Positions 26,472 to 37,100 of a stretch of DNA of 64,000 bases are shown one piece after another. Positions within the stretch are counted from its first letter, which is position 1. Every line of letters starts with the position of its first letter. The notes below the pieces were generated by a model. That model saw only the letters and a program-made list of their open reading frames with translations. It was not told the DNA's origin and searched no databases. A program made the translations under genes and the position numbers. The DNA comes from Phallusia mammillata (taxonomy: Eukaryota), in assembly GCA_965637545.1 (NCBI GenBank), contig OZ281495.1, positions 25,110,001 through 25,174,000 of the forward strand. Reading direction: 5' to 3'.

Positions 26472-28498
26472 CTAACCTCTTGGATTTCTCGCTCCACCGT
26501 ATTGTCCTTTGTGGCCGGTGAAATGATACAGGTTTTTAAAGGTCATGTTTTCTTTTTTATTGTTCTGGCTTCGCTGTTTGTGGGCTTTGGTGATTTTGCG
26601 AATACCCAAGGAAAAGAGCTCAATAATATTAAGGAGTACCATCACTGAACTGATGCCTGAAACGAGATCAATTAAAGGATCGCAAAACTAACAAACAACG
26701 AAAAAAACAGTGATACAATTTTACTTGAACAAGATTGTGCCTAATTAAGTGACGCACTTAGAACATGTCGGTCTCCACCAGTGTTTTTTTAAGGTGTTCC
26801 CCAAATTTCTCCAGCGGTTTCCCAAAATTTGGACTTGCAACTACAACTACAGTTTTTGGTATTTAAATGAAACACTTGCGGTCTCTTAAAACTACTTAGC
26901 GGTCACCCAAACCAAACCTTAAAAAAACCTGGTCTCCACAATGCCAAAAAAACTATATATCGAGGTCGTTTAAACTCACCGAAAATTACCCAGATCATCA
27001 TTGTCTTTTCCTTTGGCCTCGGAACGGTGCAATTGACCACGTTGGGGCAAGGCCATCTAGCGCATTTGAAAAGTTCCGGCACCCAGAATTTAAACACGTA
27101 AATATTGAATTGCAAGACCATAAATCCAATCTCTATCACAAGCCGCACAAACACCTAAAAGTGAAATGCCAGGCTGCAGTACTCTTTTTAAAAGGTTTTA
27201 CACAGGTTAAATCAAATAAAAAGTTTTTTTTGAGAAGGCAAGTTAATGTTTTCCCATGAAGTTGGTGCAAAAAGGCTGTCAGCGTTTACCTGCGCAACAT
27301 ATGCAAGACATATATGTGACGTAGTGTCCGAGTTTAATTTGGTCGGAAAAACTTTGTCTTCTTCCTTGTCTCTGTCAGCAACCTACGTGAAGAAAACAAG
27401 TTGCAAATGTTGGCAGCAAAACTGCATAACGTCCCCGTTTGCAGCTGAACAGTCGTTTACTGCTGCAAATAGTATTTACACCATTATCGCAAATATTATT
27501 CCTCCTGCTTCTATTTGTCCTAAATTTGGGTACAATGTACAGGCTTGTTTACTGTGGTTAAACACAAACACATCTTTATGAAAAGCTAAAGCATTGGTTA
27601 TAGGTAATGAAACTGCACATATTTATTTAAAGTAAATACAACCTAAAGTTTCTTACCATTTCGTCCACAAAAATCGGTGCATCTTCCAAATTGACATGTT
27701 CTAAACAAAGATAAGTTTGCAATTTTAATACACATACACAGTAAAAGAAGATTAAGATCCACGCCGGCTGTACACTGTTTAAATAGTAAACTACAAGTGT
27801 TGCCATTATTATCTGTAAGGCCAGTCCTAGTCTGACGTTTGCCATCAAAATTTGTACAGTCTCTTGCGTTATGCATAAAGCTAGCTTTATTCAATGTAAC
27901 AGAAAATGGATTTTTTGGCTGCACAACCCCATACTTCAATAACTAACAACCAAGTCCTCACCTGGCCTTCCACTTTCCTCTCTTTTTACAATGTCCTCCA
28001 TCGCCCTTTTCCTCATTACTTCCAGTTTCTTTTGTCGTTTCTTCTTTTTATGCTGCTCCTGCTGGCGCATTTTTTTGACCTGACTGATCTTGTGAGTCGA
28101 GTACACCATAAAAACTACGGTTGGCAATGAAACGGCCAAGCTCTGTTAAATTAGGTTGTTTTTGGACTTTTTATAACGAAGACCTTTAGCAGTAGGCAAG
28201 TAATAACAACCTAAACTAGTAAAAAAGAATTATTTTTTGCCACTACCAGTTTTTTTCATACCTGAAGCGCCCATAATCGACTTAAAGATATTGGACTAAA
28301 GTCGTTCAAACATATATTGGGACAACCTGGAGTCTGTGTGTTGCATTTGAAGGCTTGCTCGTCGCCAAATACAGTGCCAGCTATTAAAACTATCAGCAAG
28401 AGTCTCACAACAAAAAATAATCTGATCCACAACTTTCCAACCAATGTTGAGTGTTCGTAGCCTTGTTCCAGGTGCTTCTTTATGATATTACTGACCAT
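26472..28498 (-). CDS. Connexin copy 2 (tandem paralog), 6 coding exons, 304 aa, C-terminally truncated by an in-frame TAG
   Basis: Exons complement 28498-28262, 28142-27962, 27700-27657, 27382-27290, 27154-26980, 26656-26472; same intron positions as copy 1; six Cys kept. TAG at 26474-26472 replaces TAC(Tyr) of copy 1; the aligned frame continues to the ancestral TGA at 26384-26382. Confidence 0.88.
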
Positions 28499-28767
28499 CT
28501 TTACACTTTTTGTTAAAAATTTGTTAAAAATAGTGTGCAGAAACGGATCTGTTTAGATTTTAGAAGAACGATTCTTCAATAATTTTCTACTCAATCGTAA
28601 ATCTCGAAGCGACTTTGCATCTTTTTTTCTATTATGCAAGCAAAAAAACAACAACATAGATTTAAACCGTGTAATAACAAATGTGCAGCTAAAACAGAAA
28701 TGAAGAAACATTCATTATGTGCAATCTAACATTTCAATCTGCACATATAACAAAACAAAAGTTACTT

Positions 28768-28878
28768 TGCAGACAGTGCACACTGTTTCGACCTATAAGT
28801 TCTCATCAGTGCAGCTGGTCACAAAATATAGGCCGTATATTGGCTTTAGTGTAGCCATGTGCACTGTCTGCAGCTTAT
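28768..28878 (-). mobile_element. Hammerhead-containing short repeat family, slightly degenerate copy
   Basis: Minus strand 28816-28768 reads AGCTGCA-CTGATGA-GAAC-ttata-GGTC-GAAACAGTGTGCACTGT-C-TGCA (one stem II mismatch). The plus-strand end GTGCACTGTCTGCAGCTTAT (28859-28878) is the tail of an inverted second copy. Same family as 31587-31696 and 47784-47970. Confidence 0.7.
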
Positions 28879-29892
28879 TTTTTGTTGGCTTGATGCGTTG
28901 CTTCGTTGTTCTCCAATATGCAAATCATTGTAAACATTGCACCTCAAGGTTGCACCTGTGAAATGTTTCCACACAGCAGTAAGTGCTTTAATTACTTATT
29001 ACCCCGTTGATACTAATATTTGCTTTAAAGCTGGCTGCATAAATAAGTACCCATGCCATGTCGGAACTGCTTATCGACATTGTAGCTTAATCTTCTGTGA
29101 TTGTCAAAAGACGTATTGTGGCTGCATTGATACAAGCAGTTTAAAGGTAAACAAATGAGAAATTTTCAACGAATAAAACATACAAACTCGAAAATTGCAC
29201 AAAGCGACGCTACCTTAATAAGAATACACTCATTTTCTAATTTTCTTGTATACCTGTAGCTCTTTTTGCGTGTGTTTGTATGTAACTTATAATATAACCT
29301 ACTACAGGAAAATCTGATGTTTTGTACTATGCGCTATTCGAGCAATGTTTTTCAGAGAAATAAGTTTTTTTAACACCTCATGCTTAAACACAATCAACAC
29401 CTAAAGTTTGTTAAACGTTGAATTGAGTAAACCCTAAATGTTTTGGGCAAGCATACGTTTTCCAGCCATATATTTTAACCAGTCGTGTTCGGTACCAATG
29501 TGGCGGGTTTTGAGAGACATTCCACTTCAAATGGAATGTTGCAAACACAAAATCATGCCTAAAAAGTCCCTAAGGTTTGAGATTATTGCAGAAAGATATT
29601 GTCTTTAGCAATAACCGGTTGATCCGTGGGTTAGCGACACCTGCGCGTATTATCTCCACTATTTCTCCAGAAGGTAGTTAGTTTCCATCGTGCCCTGAGA
29701 CGCATTGGGCGCAAGTTTGTTTTACTTTCTATATTTTGCGATGTCTTTAATTGTCACATTGTCATTGTTGAACAGTTGCGTAAAACAGCACGGACGCTGA
29801 AATAACGTGAGTTATCCATCGGGTCAAGTGTCCTGTTATTTAAATAATGCTTGACTTCTGTGTTCTGCCGTAGGATCGCAATCACTTTAGCT

Positions 29893-29924
29893 CAGTGCTT
29901 TTCGACCTATGGGTCGCGACCCCC
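29893..29924 (+). mobile_element. hAT-Charlie-like terminal remnant
   Basis: CAGTGCTTTTCGACCTATGGGTCGCGACCCC resembles the CAGTGGTTCTCAACCT...GGGTCGCGACCCC ends of Charlie-type elements; no matching right end or TSD found. Confidence 0.45.
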
Positions 29925-29971
29925 GTGGGTGTAATACGACCCAGAGGAAGGTTAAAGCTGGTGATTGCGGT

Positions 29972-30042
29972 AACTCATTAGATTAGGGCGAGTTTCGTTA
30001 AACGATGAAATTTTGCAATCGATGTCTTATACACACCGACCA
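29972..30042 (+). repeat. About 71-bp direct repeat, copy 2 (5' side of connexin 2)
   Basis: Nearly identical to 25854-25924. Confidence 0.85.
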
Positions 30043-31061
30043 CGGTACTAAATCTGTTCTTTACAATTTATTCGATGAACGGAAACCGTGTTTTTGGGAA
30101 ACGTCTTTTTTTGGTCTAATCAACAAATCTTGCAACACAAAATACACAACTTTTTGTTAACGGCAGTTGCTAGAATAAATTGATACAATTTTTATGTCTA
30201 TTTAGAGTTACAATTGCTTTTTCCCCAACAAATGATAAAGAAACACCATAGCAATGTTCAGGTTGATAATATTATTTTGTACTTGCCCTTGTTTTAAAAA
30301 GACATACGATACTGACCGTTCAACACATCTTTAAGTCTTACATGCAGTAAAGTAATTGTTTGAACGATTTGTTTTATAGACTGCTTATCGTAAATTTAAC
30401 TATTAAATGAGCGTCATATAGATGTAATGTATGCAGATGGTTAAATCGTTTGTGCAATGTTGCATCGCTATCAGCTTAAATGCTTGAGGCAAGCTTTGTG
30501 GTTGGAACGCGTGTGTTACAACGGAATGTGGAGATCACATCAGTGCTTTTAATATGTTCTAGACCTAAAATGTGGAAGCAAAATTAGTTTTGCGTACAAA
30601 CTGACTGATGTGTTTTCAAATAGGTTTGAACAGATAAGCAACCCTATTGTCGACAATTTAGTGCTTGAAGATGTCTATATTTTAACTAATCGTCTGTTGT
30701 ATCTCGCTTTAGGCTATGAATATTTGTTAATTCAGAACATATCGAACAACCAGAAGAGAAAATGTGTGTTTATGTAATGTAGGCTACTAGGAGCTACTAT
30801 TTAAATCACACTTAAAACCGAAATCACAAAATTACGACAAAAACACAAAACCCTTAGCAAAAAAGACGCACCCACGTAGATGTCACGTGTGGGTTTTAGT
30901 TTGTGGCATAAACCAATCCAGTACTACAGACAGAAGTAGCTCAGCCATCCAAGAACCTTTTGGGCCTCAGCCGTAAGAACGAACAATAGCCGGGGGCTGA
31001 AACGTCATCCTTTATGAAGCAACGCGATATATCGGGTCCAGAACATTTGTGAGTTGCAAGG

Positions 31062-31161
31062 ATGGATGGTGGACTTATTGCCCTCTTTGTTATTCTCGGG
31101 GTGCAGTTTGCAGTGGTTGCTGGCATGGTAACCTACCTGCTGTACCGCCGACAACCCAAAA
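31062..31161 (+). CDS. Gene A exon 1: single transmembrane signal-anchor
   Basis: [33 protein letters not shown] followed by a strong phase-1 donor A|gtaagt; in-frame TGA upstream of the ATG; the basic cluster continues in exon 2 (KKPKLK). Confidence 0.75.
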
Positions 31162-34100
31162 GTAAGTTGTGTTCGTTATTTATTTATTTTTTGTCGCAAT
31201 TTTTGAGTTGAATCATTAGTTAATTGATTTGTAAAAACTTTGTCTGTTTCTTTCGTGGTTGTACAAAAGTAGTGTTCAACAAACTGTTGAATATTTATAA
31301 AAAAAAAAATTAACGTTTTTAAATCAAAATAAGTGTTAAAACTCCACAATTTGTTTGGCTACATTAAACGCCAAGTGCACCTTGCCATATTAGGTTATGT
31401 GTGTTATTGTATGGTACCATGGTGACGCCTTTATAAAACGAGTTTTCAGTAAGTGCATCACTTAACGAAGATTTGCAATATAGTTGTGCTACGCGAAAAA
31501 CTTAGTTTAATCTTTTTTGAAGACGTTTATATTTTTTAAACATTGCCCTAAAATAGTAAATGCACCACGCTTTTCGCAAAACAAAAACTGGAGTGCCGTT
31601 GGATGGCTACACTAGCCAATACGGCCGATCTCTCGTCACCAGCTGCACTGATGAGACCTTGTAGGTCGAAACAGTGTGCACTGTCTGCAGCTTATCATTT
31701 ATTGGCTCTATGCTTCTACAAAAACTTTCACAAATTTATTTGTCATGAAAATTAGCATGCCAATATTAAAAATGTTGAACCCGGCGTGATTTTGAATGGC
31801 AGTGATAAAAGAAAATCATTTGTCACACGTTCAACCTAAGATACCCTTCACTTATTTCATTTGTTCGGCTCAAAGCATGTAATTTACTTCTGGCCATGCA
31901 AAAATCACCGCGTTTCAAGCAGCTTCAATAACAATACAAGTACGAATGATATCAACTGACAGAAATGCGCCTGGGGCAGCAAGATCATAAATGTCAGTTC
32001 CGATTTATTTACACTGATGACAACTACGGTTATTGCACTACCTCGACATAACGCCCTTAAGTATTAGAACATGTAATTTCACTACCCTCAAAATCAAATT
32101 AAAAGTAAACTTTTTTTGAATTTTGTCGGTTATAAGCATTTATCTGTAAAACATACATAGCAAACACAGGTGTTTTCATTACTTGTTTTACGTGTTAGCG
32201 CTAACCTAGAAAATCTTTTTTACGGAGGACTCGCTTATCAGTATTCGCGAAACAATAACTATTGGATGGGTTTAACAAATTTATATATTGTGCAGAAAAA
32301 CCCAAACTAAAACCGGACAACAATGTGATAACATCATACGAGGATCCGCATGACAGCAATGGCCACGTCCTCATTGATATCGATGTGAGTGAAAGGTTGT
32401 TTATCTTGTGGGGCCAAGGGTCACGGCTTTTTCCTGCTCTGGACATAGTTACAGTCTTGACCTGTCGTTTTGGTATCTCGAAAGAAAGTCTTTCGAACAT
32501 TTCTTAGTATATCAAGTACAAACGTTGCACAAATCAAAGCAGCCACGGCGATAGCGTACCAAATAGCTCGGGGATAAATAGAATTGGGAACTAGATATGT
32601 ATCATTTGTGTTAGCCACTCTAAGCGCTTCTTGGTATTTGAATGAATCATTGTTGGATAGAGTAAAGATGGATGGTTCGTTAGGTGTCGGGAGATATGTA
32701 TAGTAGTGGGTACATATTTCATGGTGGTGAAAGCTCTAATAAGAAATATACCATCCAGTATATTGAAAATAGAAAAACGGTTGTCAAAATACCATGTTTT
32801 ACACAAGTTTAAACTCGTGTCTGATTTTTTAAGTTCAAAAGTTGCTGAAATAAATGCCTTACGATTACTTGGTTACTTGGGATTGGTAAGGCGCCGTCAC
32901 ATTTAACAAAAGGCTATTTGGACATATTTAAATCTAAATTTTTCCCAAATACACATGCCAAAACTATTGCCTTAAATGTATATTTTCTACATTCCTATAC
33001 CACCGTATCTTGAAACCATGTCTTGTGTTTATTACCAGGAGAAGGATCCTAATGACATCCCTAGCTCTTCTACGTCATCATCACCAGGTAGGCGTAATGT
33101 TTCTCGAAATCAATATTTCAAAGTGCGTAAGTTGGAAGGCGGACCCCGCAATCGAGGAATAACCAACAATTCGACCCAGCTTGGCCTTCCCACAGACAAA
33201 AATGATTAGTATTTGTGCTGGGGGCTGATAACAAGTCTATGTAGGTTATTAGCGTCCTATGTTTTGACGCGGCGCGGCCACGACCCGTTATTATGTAATT
33301 AGCGAAAGTACTTCCCATCGACGTAATGAATTGTAATTCTGGACAGCCATGGTGGTTTTGCACAAAGAAGGGGAAATCTTCTGCATTAAGGGGAAACTAT
33401 TTTACGTAAAACTGAACAGGTGTTCTTTTTAATATATTTTGCATTTCTTTTTTTGAATTTCGAATCGCATAAGCGCAATAAACTTCACAAAGCCACAGAT
33501 AATGTTAGGCTAATTCTTGTATAGCACTACATCAACAAATTGTAATTTAACTGTATCGATATGATTTGCCCCGCAGACTCAAAATATCTGTTCACTTTTT
33601 ATAAGCGTTCCTTTTTTACAAACCTCTTTTTACATCAACATTTATGCTTGTAGCAATACAATTTTGCCCCAAAGCCAAAACACCCGCTACTGAGTATCTA
33701 TTTGCCAAAGCCAACCTGCGCTTACACGTAATGCGCTTAATACAGATCAGCATGGCGAAAACAAACCGTAAATTTTTTAAAGGATATTGTCTGCAGTTGA
33801 AGCGTAGGCGATTAACTTGATCATTGCTTTTAGCCCGTGAGCTATTTATCGCGATCGAATTGTTTCCGACGTCCGCAGTGATGATAAAGGAATTCCTGTT
33901 GTTATTATTTTAATATCAACTACCGCTTTTGTACAATTTATTTTGATCGTTTGGCAGTTACGGTTTTTCAGGTTCAAACGTTTTACATTTTACAAGTCAA
34001 AACTAAATGCCTTGATTCGGGTTTCTGCTTATTTAAGAGTTGCGCAAATAACTTGGGGCAATTATTGTTTGATAAAGATTAAACTGACCAAGAGCTTTAC

Positions 34101-37100
34101 CACATACTTTGATTGGGATTTAACACATTTCAATAAGAATTAACAAGCTCGTCAGTAGCAAACAATTTTACAACTTTCCACTTTACTTTTGAAGGGAGAA
34201 CAGGTTGATAAGGCATGCCGCACCATTTAAAAATACGTTTCAAAAGTTATGGGGCTATTCAACGCAAATAGTGATGTTCAACTTATTGTGTTTCACAATT
34301 ATTTCATTTATAATTGCATATGTGACATACGCTCGTTGCTATGCGGTCCAAGAACTGTGTCATTTCATCGCATCGTATCAATTTGTATCATAAATTCCAA
34401 TCACTGCAATTGATGGACCGTGTGCAACCGATCAGCCAAGTTCGTGCAAAACGCACTTTTCCTCCAGCTACGGCATTTGTACGCTTTGTAATGCACCAAC
34501 GAGCTTGCTTGTAACGCCCCAGGCTCGAATGCGGTTTTTATAAGAGTCCTGTGGTCGACTGAATGTAAACTTTCGAATGTTGTTGCAGATCCAAAGAAGA
34601 AACTGATCGATGAGGACGAAATTGTACCGTCGGCTCCTATGCCGGAAGAAGAGCACGCACCACCTTACACTGTTGTCGATGTTAGTTGTTGCTAATTAGC
34701 CAGCAGTAACAAATTTGATTTGAAACCAACCTACATATAAGTTTACATGAAAAATGTTTCTTGAAATAACAAACCTAACATGTGTTGATATCAATTAGAA
34801 ACATGTAATCATATACATCAATCCCAATTCTCTTAAATCGTAATACAAGAGACCACTCAAACTTTGGTAACAACCATTTACATACTTAAACAAAAATATG
34901 TGTAAAACATTTGATCAAACTTTGGCAGAATAGTGACACTAACGTGTTTAAAACTCTTGCTAATCAACTTCCAAAACCAGCAACAAAAAGATGTCATATG
35001 TATTTAGGTTGACGAAGACCCGGTGACTGTAGTAATAGTGTCGCCAAGCAAGGAAGCACCTCCTCTAGCTCCTTATACCGACCAAGATACTTTACCACGC
35101 ACGAAACCAGCAGAAGTATCCAGTTCTTCATCAAGCTCAAGTGAAGATGAAGTCCAAGAGGAACCGATACCAAAGATTGTTGCCCAACGACCAATAGATG
35201 ATCGCCAGCCTCCTTTTGAATCTTCATTATCATCTTCATCATCATCAGCATCTTCACCAGAGAGCGAGATTGATGAAGCTCCTCCAGTGATTGTTGTTCC
35301 TCCCCTTAAAGAGCCAATTCAAAGCAGCACCAGCTCGTCGTCCTCTTCAGAAGACGATGAGCCAGTACAACCAGTTTTGAAACCTTTAATCGAGGAGAAA
35401 ATTCCAACGTCTTCTTCGTCTTCTTCCGAGAGCGAAAGGGAAGCTCCAATTCAAAAAGTCCCCATTGCAAAAGAACGAAAGATAAAAAGATCCATAGCAG
35501 AGTCGACAACGTCTGAAGAGCTGGTGTCAGTCAAGAAGAGTTCAGATCACAGCTCATATGATGAGGAGATCGTTGTTTTGGAGGAGGGGACCGCAAGTGT
35601 GTCTTCTGGTGACGGCGACGCCGTGGTTGACAAGCAGAGAAGGAGAGTGCGCCGCAAAATCATTCGAAACAAGGAGATCATTGAGCTTATTGAAGAGGAG
35701 AACATCGTCATTAAGAAGCACAAAAAGGTGTCCAACGTCACACGAGAGGAGTCGAGTTCATCTTCGTCCACATCGTCGTCCGAGGAAGAGCAGAAGATAA
35801 AGAAGAAAAAGAAAAAGAAGAGGAAGGTGAAAAAGATTCAAGCGCCTCCCACGTCTTCAAGCTCGTCATCAGAGAGCTCAGAAGAGGAAGAAATAATAAT
35901 TACAACTACCCATAAGGAAGTCCAAGCTACCCAGACAAGACCCCTTTCATCTTCTTCGACTGTATCTCTGCCTGATGCAGGAACAAGGGAAATTGCTACT
36001 TCTACCGACATTCCACAGGAGTTGGTCAGCGACGGAAAATCGTTTTCAAGCGAGTACTATTATGACGTCACCAACCAAGAGCATGGACGTCACATCACCA
36101 CGACGATTATCGAGAGGACCACGTCACCGAACCGCGACGTCACAAAGCACCACGTTGTTCGTGAACTAGTGAAAGATGACGTCGTTGTTCGTGAACTCGT
36201 GAAAGAAGACGTTCATACAAGTTGGTCATTCGTGGTTTATTTGCTCGAAGGTATGTTTACTTATTGTTTGTGTTTACAGCAACAACAGCCACGGCAATGA
36301 CTACATCAGAATCAGAAGATGAGGCCAAAATGCATCATGTCGCCATCGGTGTCCAAACAGGTGACATATATTTGTCTTTGATTATAGTTTTTACAATACA
36401 CTTGTTTGCGATTTTGCTTATTTTGTTCTTCTTTGGCAGACAAAATGTCATCAAGCTCTTCATCGTCATCTTCTGAAGATGAGATTTCCGAAACAAGGGT
36501 AATAATTTATCATAAGGTTTTTATAAAAGAAAATCATGTTTTACTTTCTTAGCACAAACTAAGTGAAAACACACAACCTTTGTTGCGAGCTTTTTCTATC
36601 TTGCATCCCCAGGTTGACGGTCAGACGCAAACTCACTCGGTAACAATGATGGCGAAGGACTTTGACAAGAAAGTTGAAATAGAACAAGATAAGAAATACA
36701 CGTCCTCTGTAACTGCCATTGTAACTAAGGAACGAGTTGTAGAACCGGAGGAAAGGCGGTAAGCATTAAAATATTATATAATTTGGATCAATTGGTTTCT
36801 TGAACGTTTTTTTCCAGGTAGTAATGATTTTTTTCTGAATATTAATTCTACAATAATTTCGATACCTGTTGTCAATTATTATCTTGATAATCTTTAACCA
36901 ATATTTTAAGCAGAAAATCTCGCGCCGATATTCGATTTACATCAGGCTGGAACCGACAGGTGACCTTGGATAACCTCTACCAAGCCGGTATCGTGACGGA
37001 GACTACAGTGACAGAACTGGAAACAGGTTTGTTGAAATTTAACATACACATCTAACTACTACATGATCACTCAACATTAGCAAAAGTAGAAAATGGCTCT

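Noticed and set aside
34205-34393. Short hydrophobic ORF in gene A intron 3
   Set aside because: No usable splice sites in phase with neighbouring exons; hydrophobicity expected from T-rich intron sequence.
36221-36300. Hydrophobic end of the 425-aa ORF ([18 protein letters not shown]) as a second TM segment
   Set aside because: It is read-through into a 59-nt intron; the alternative donor at 36251 would leave only 29 nt.
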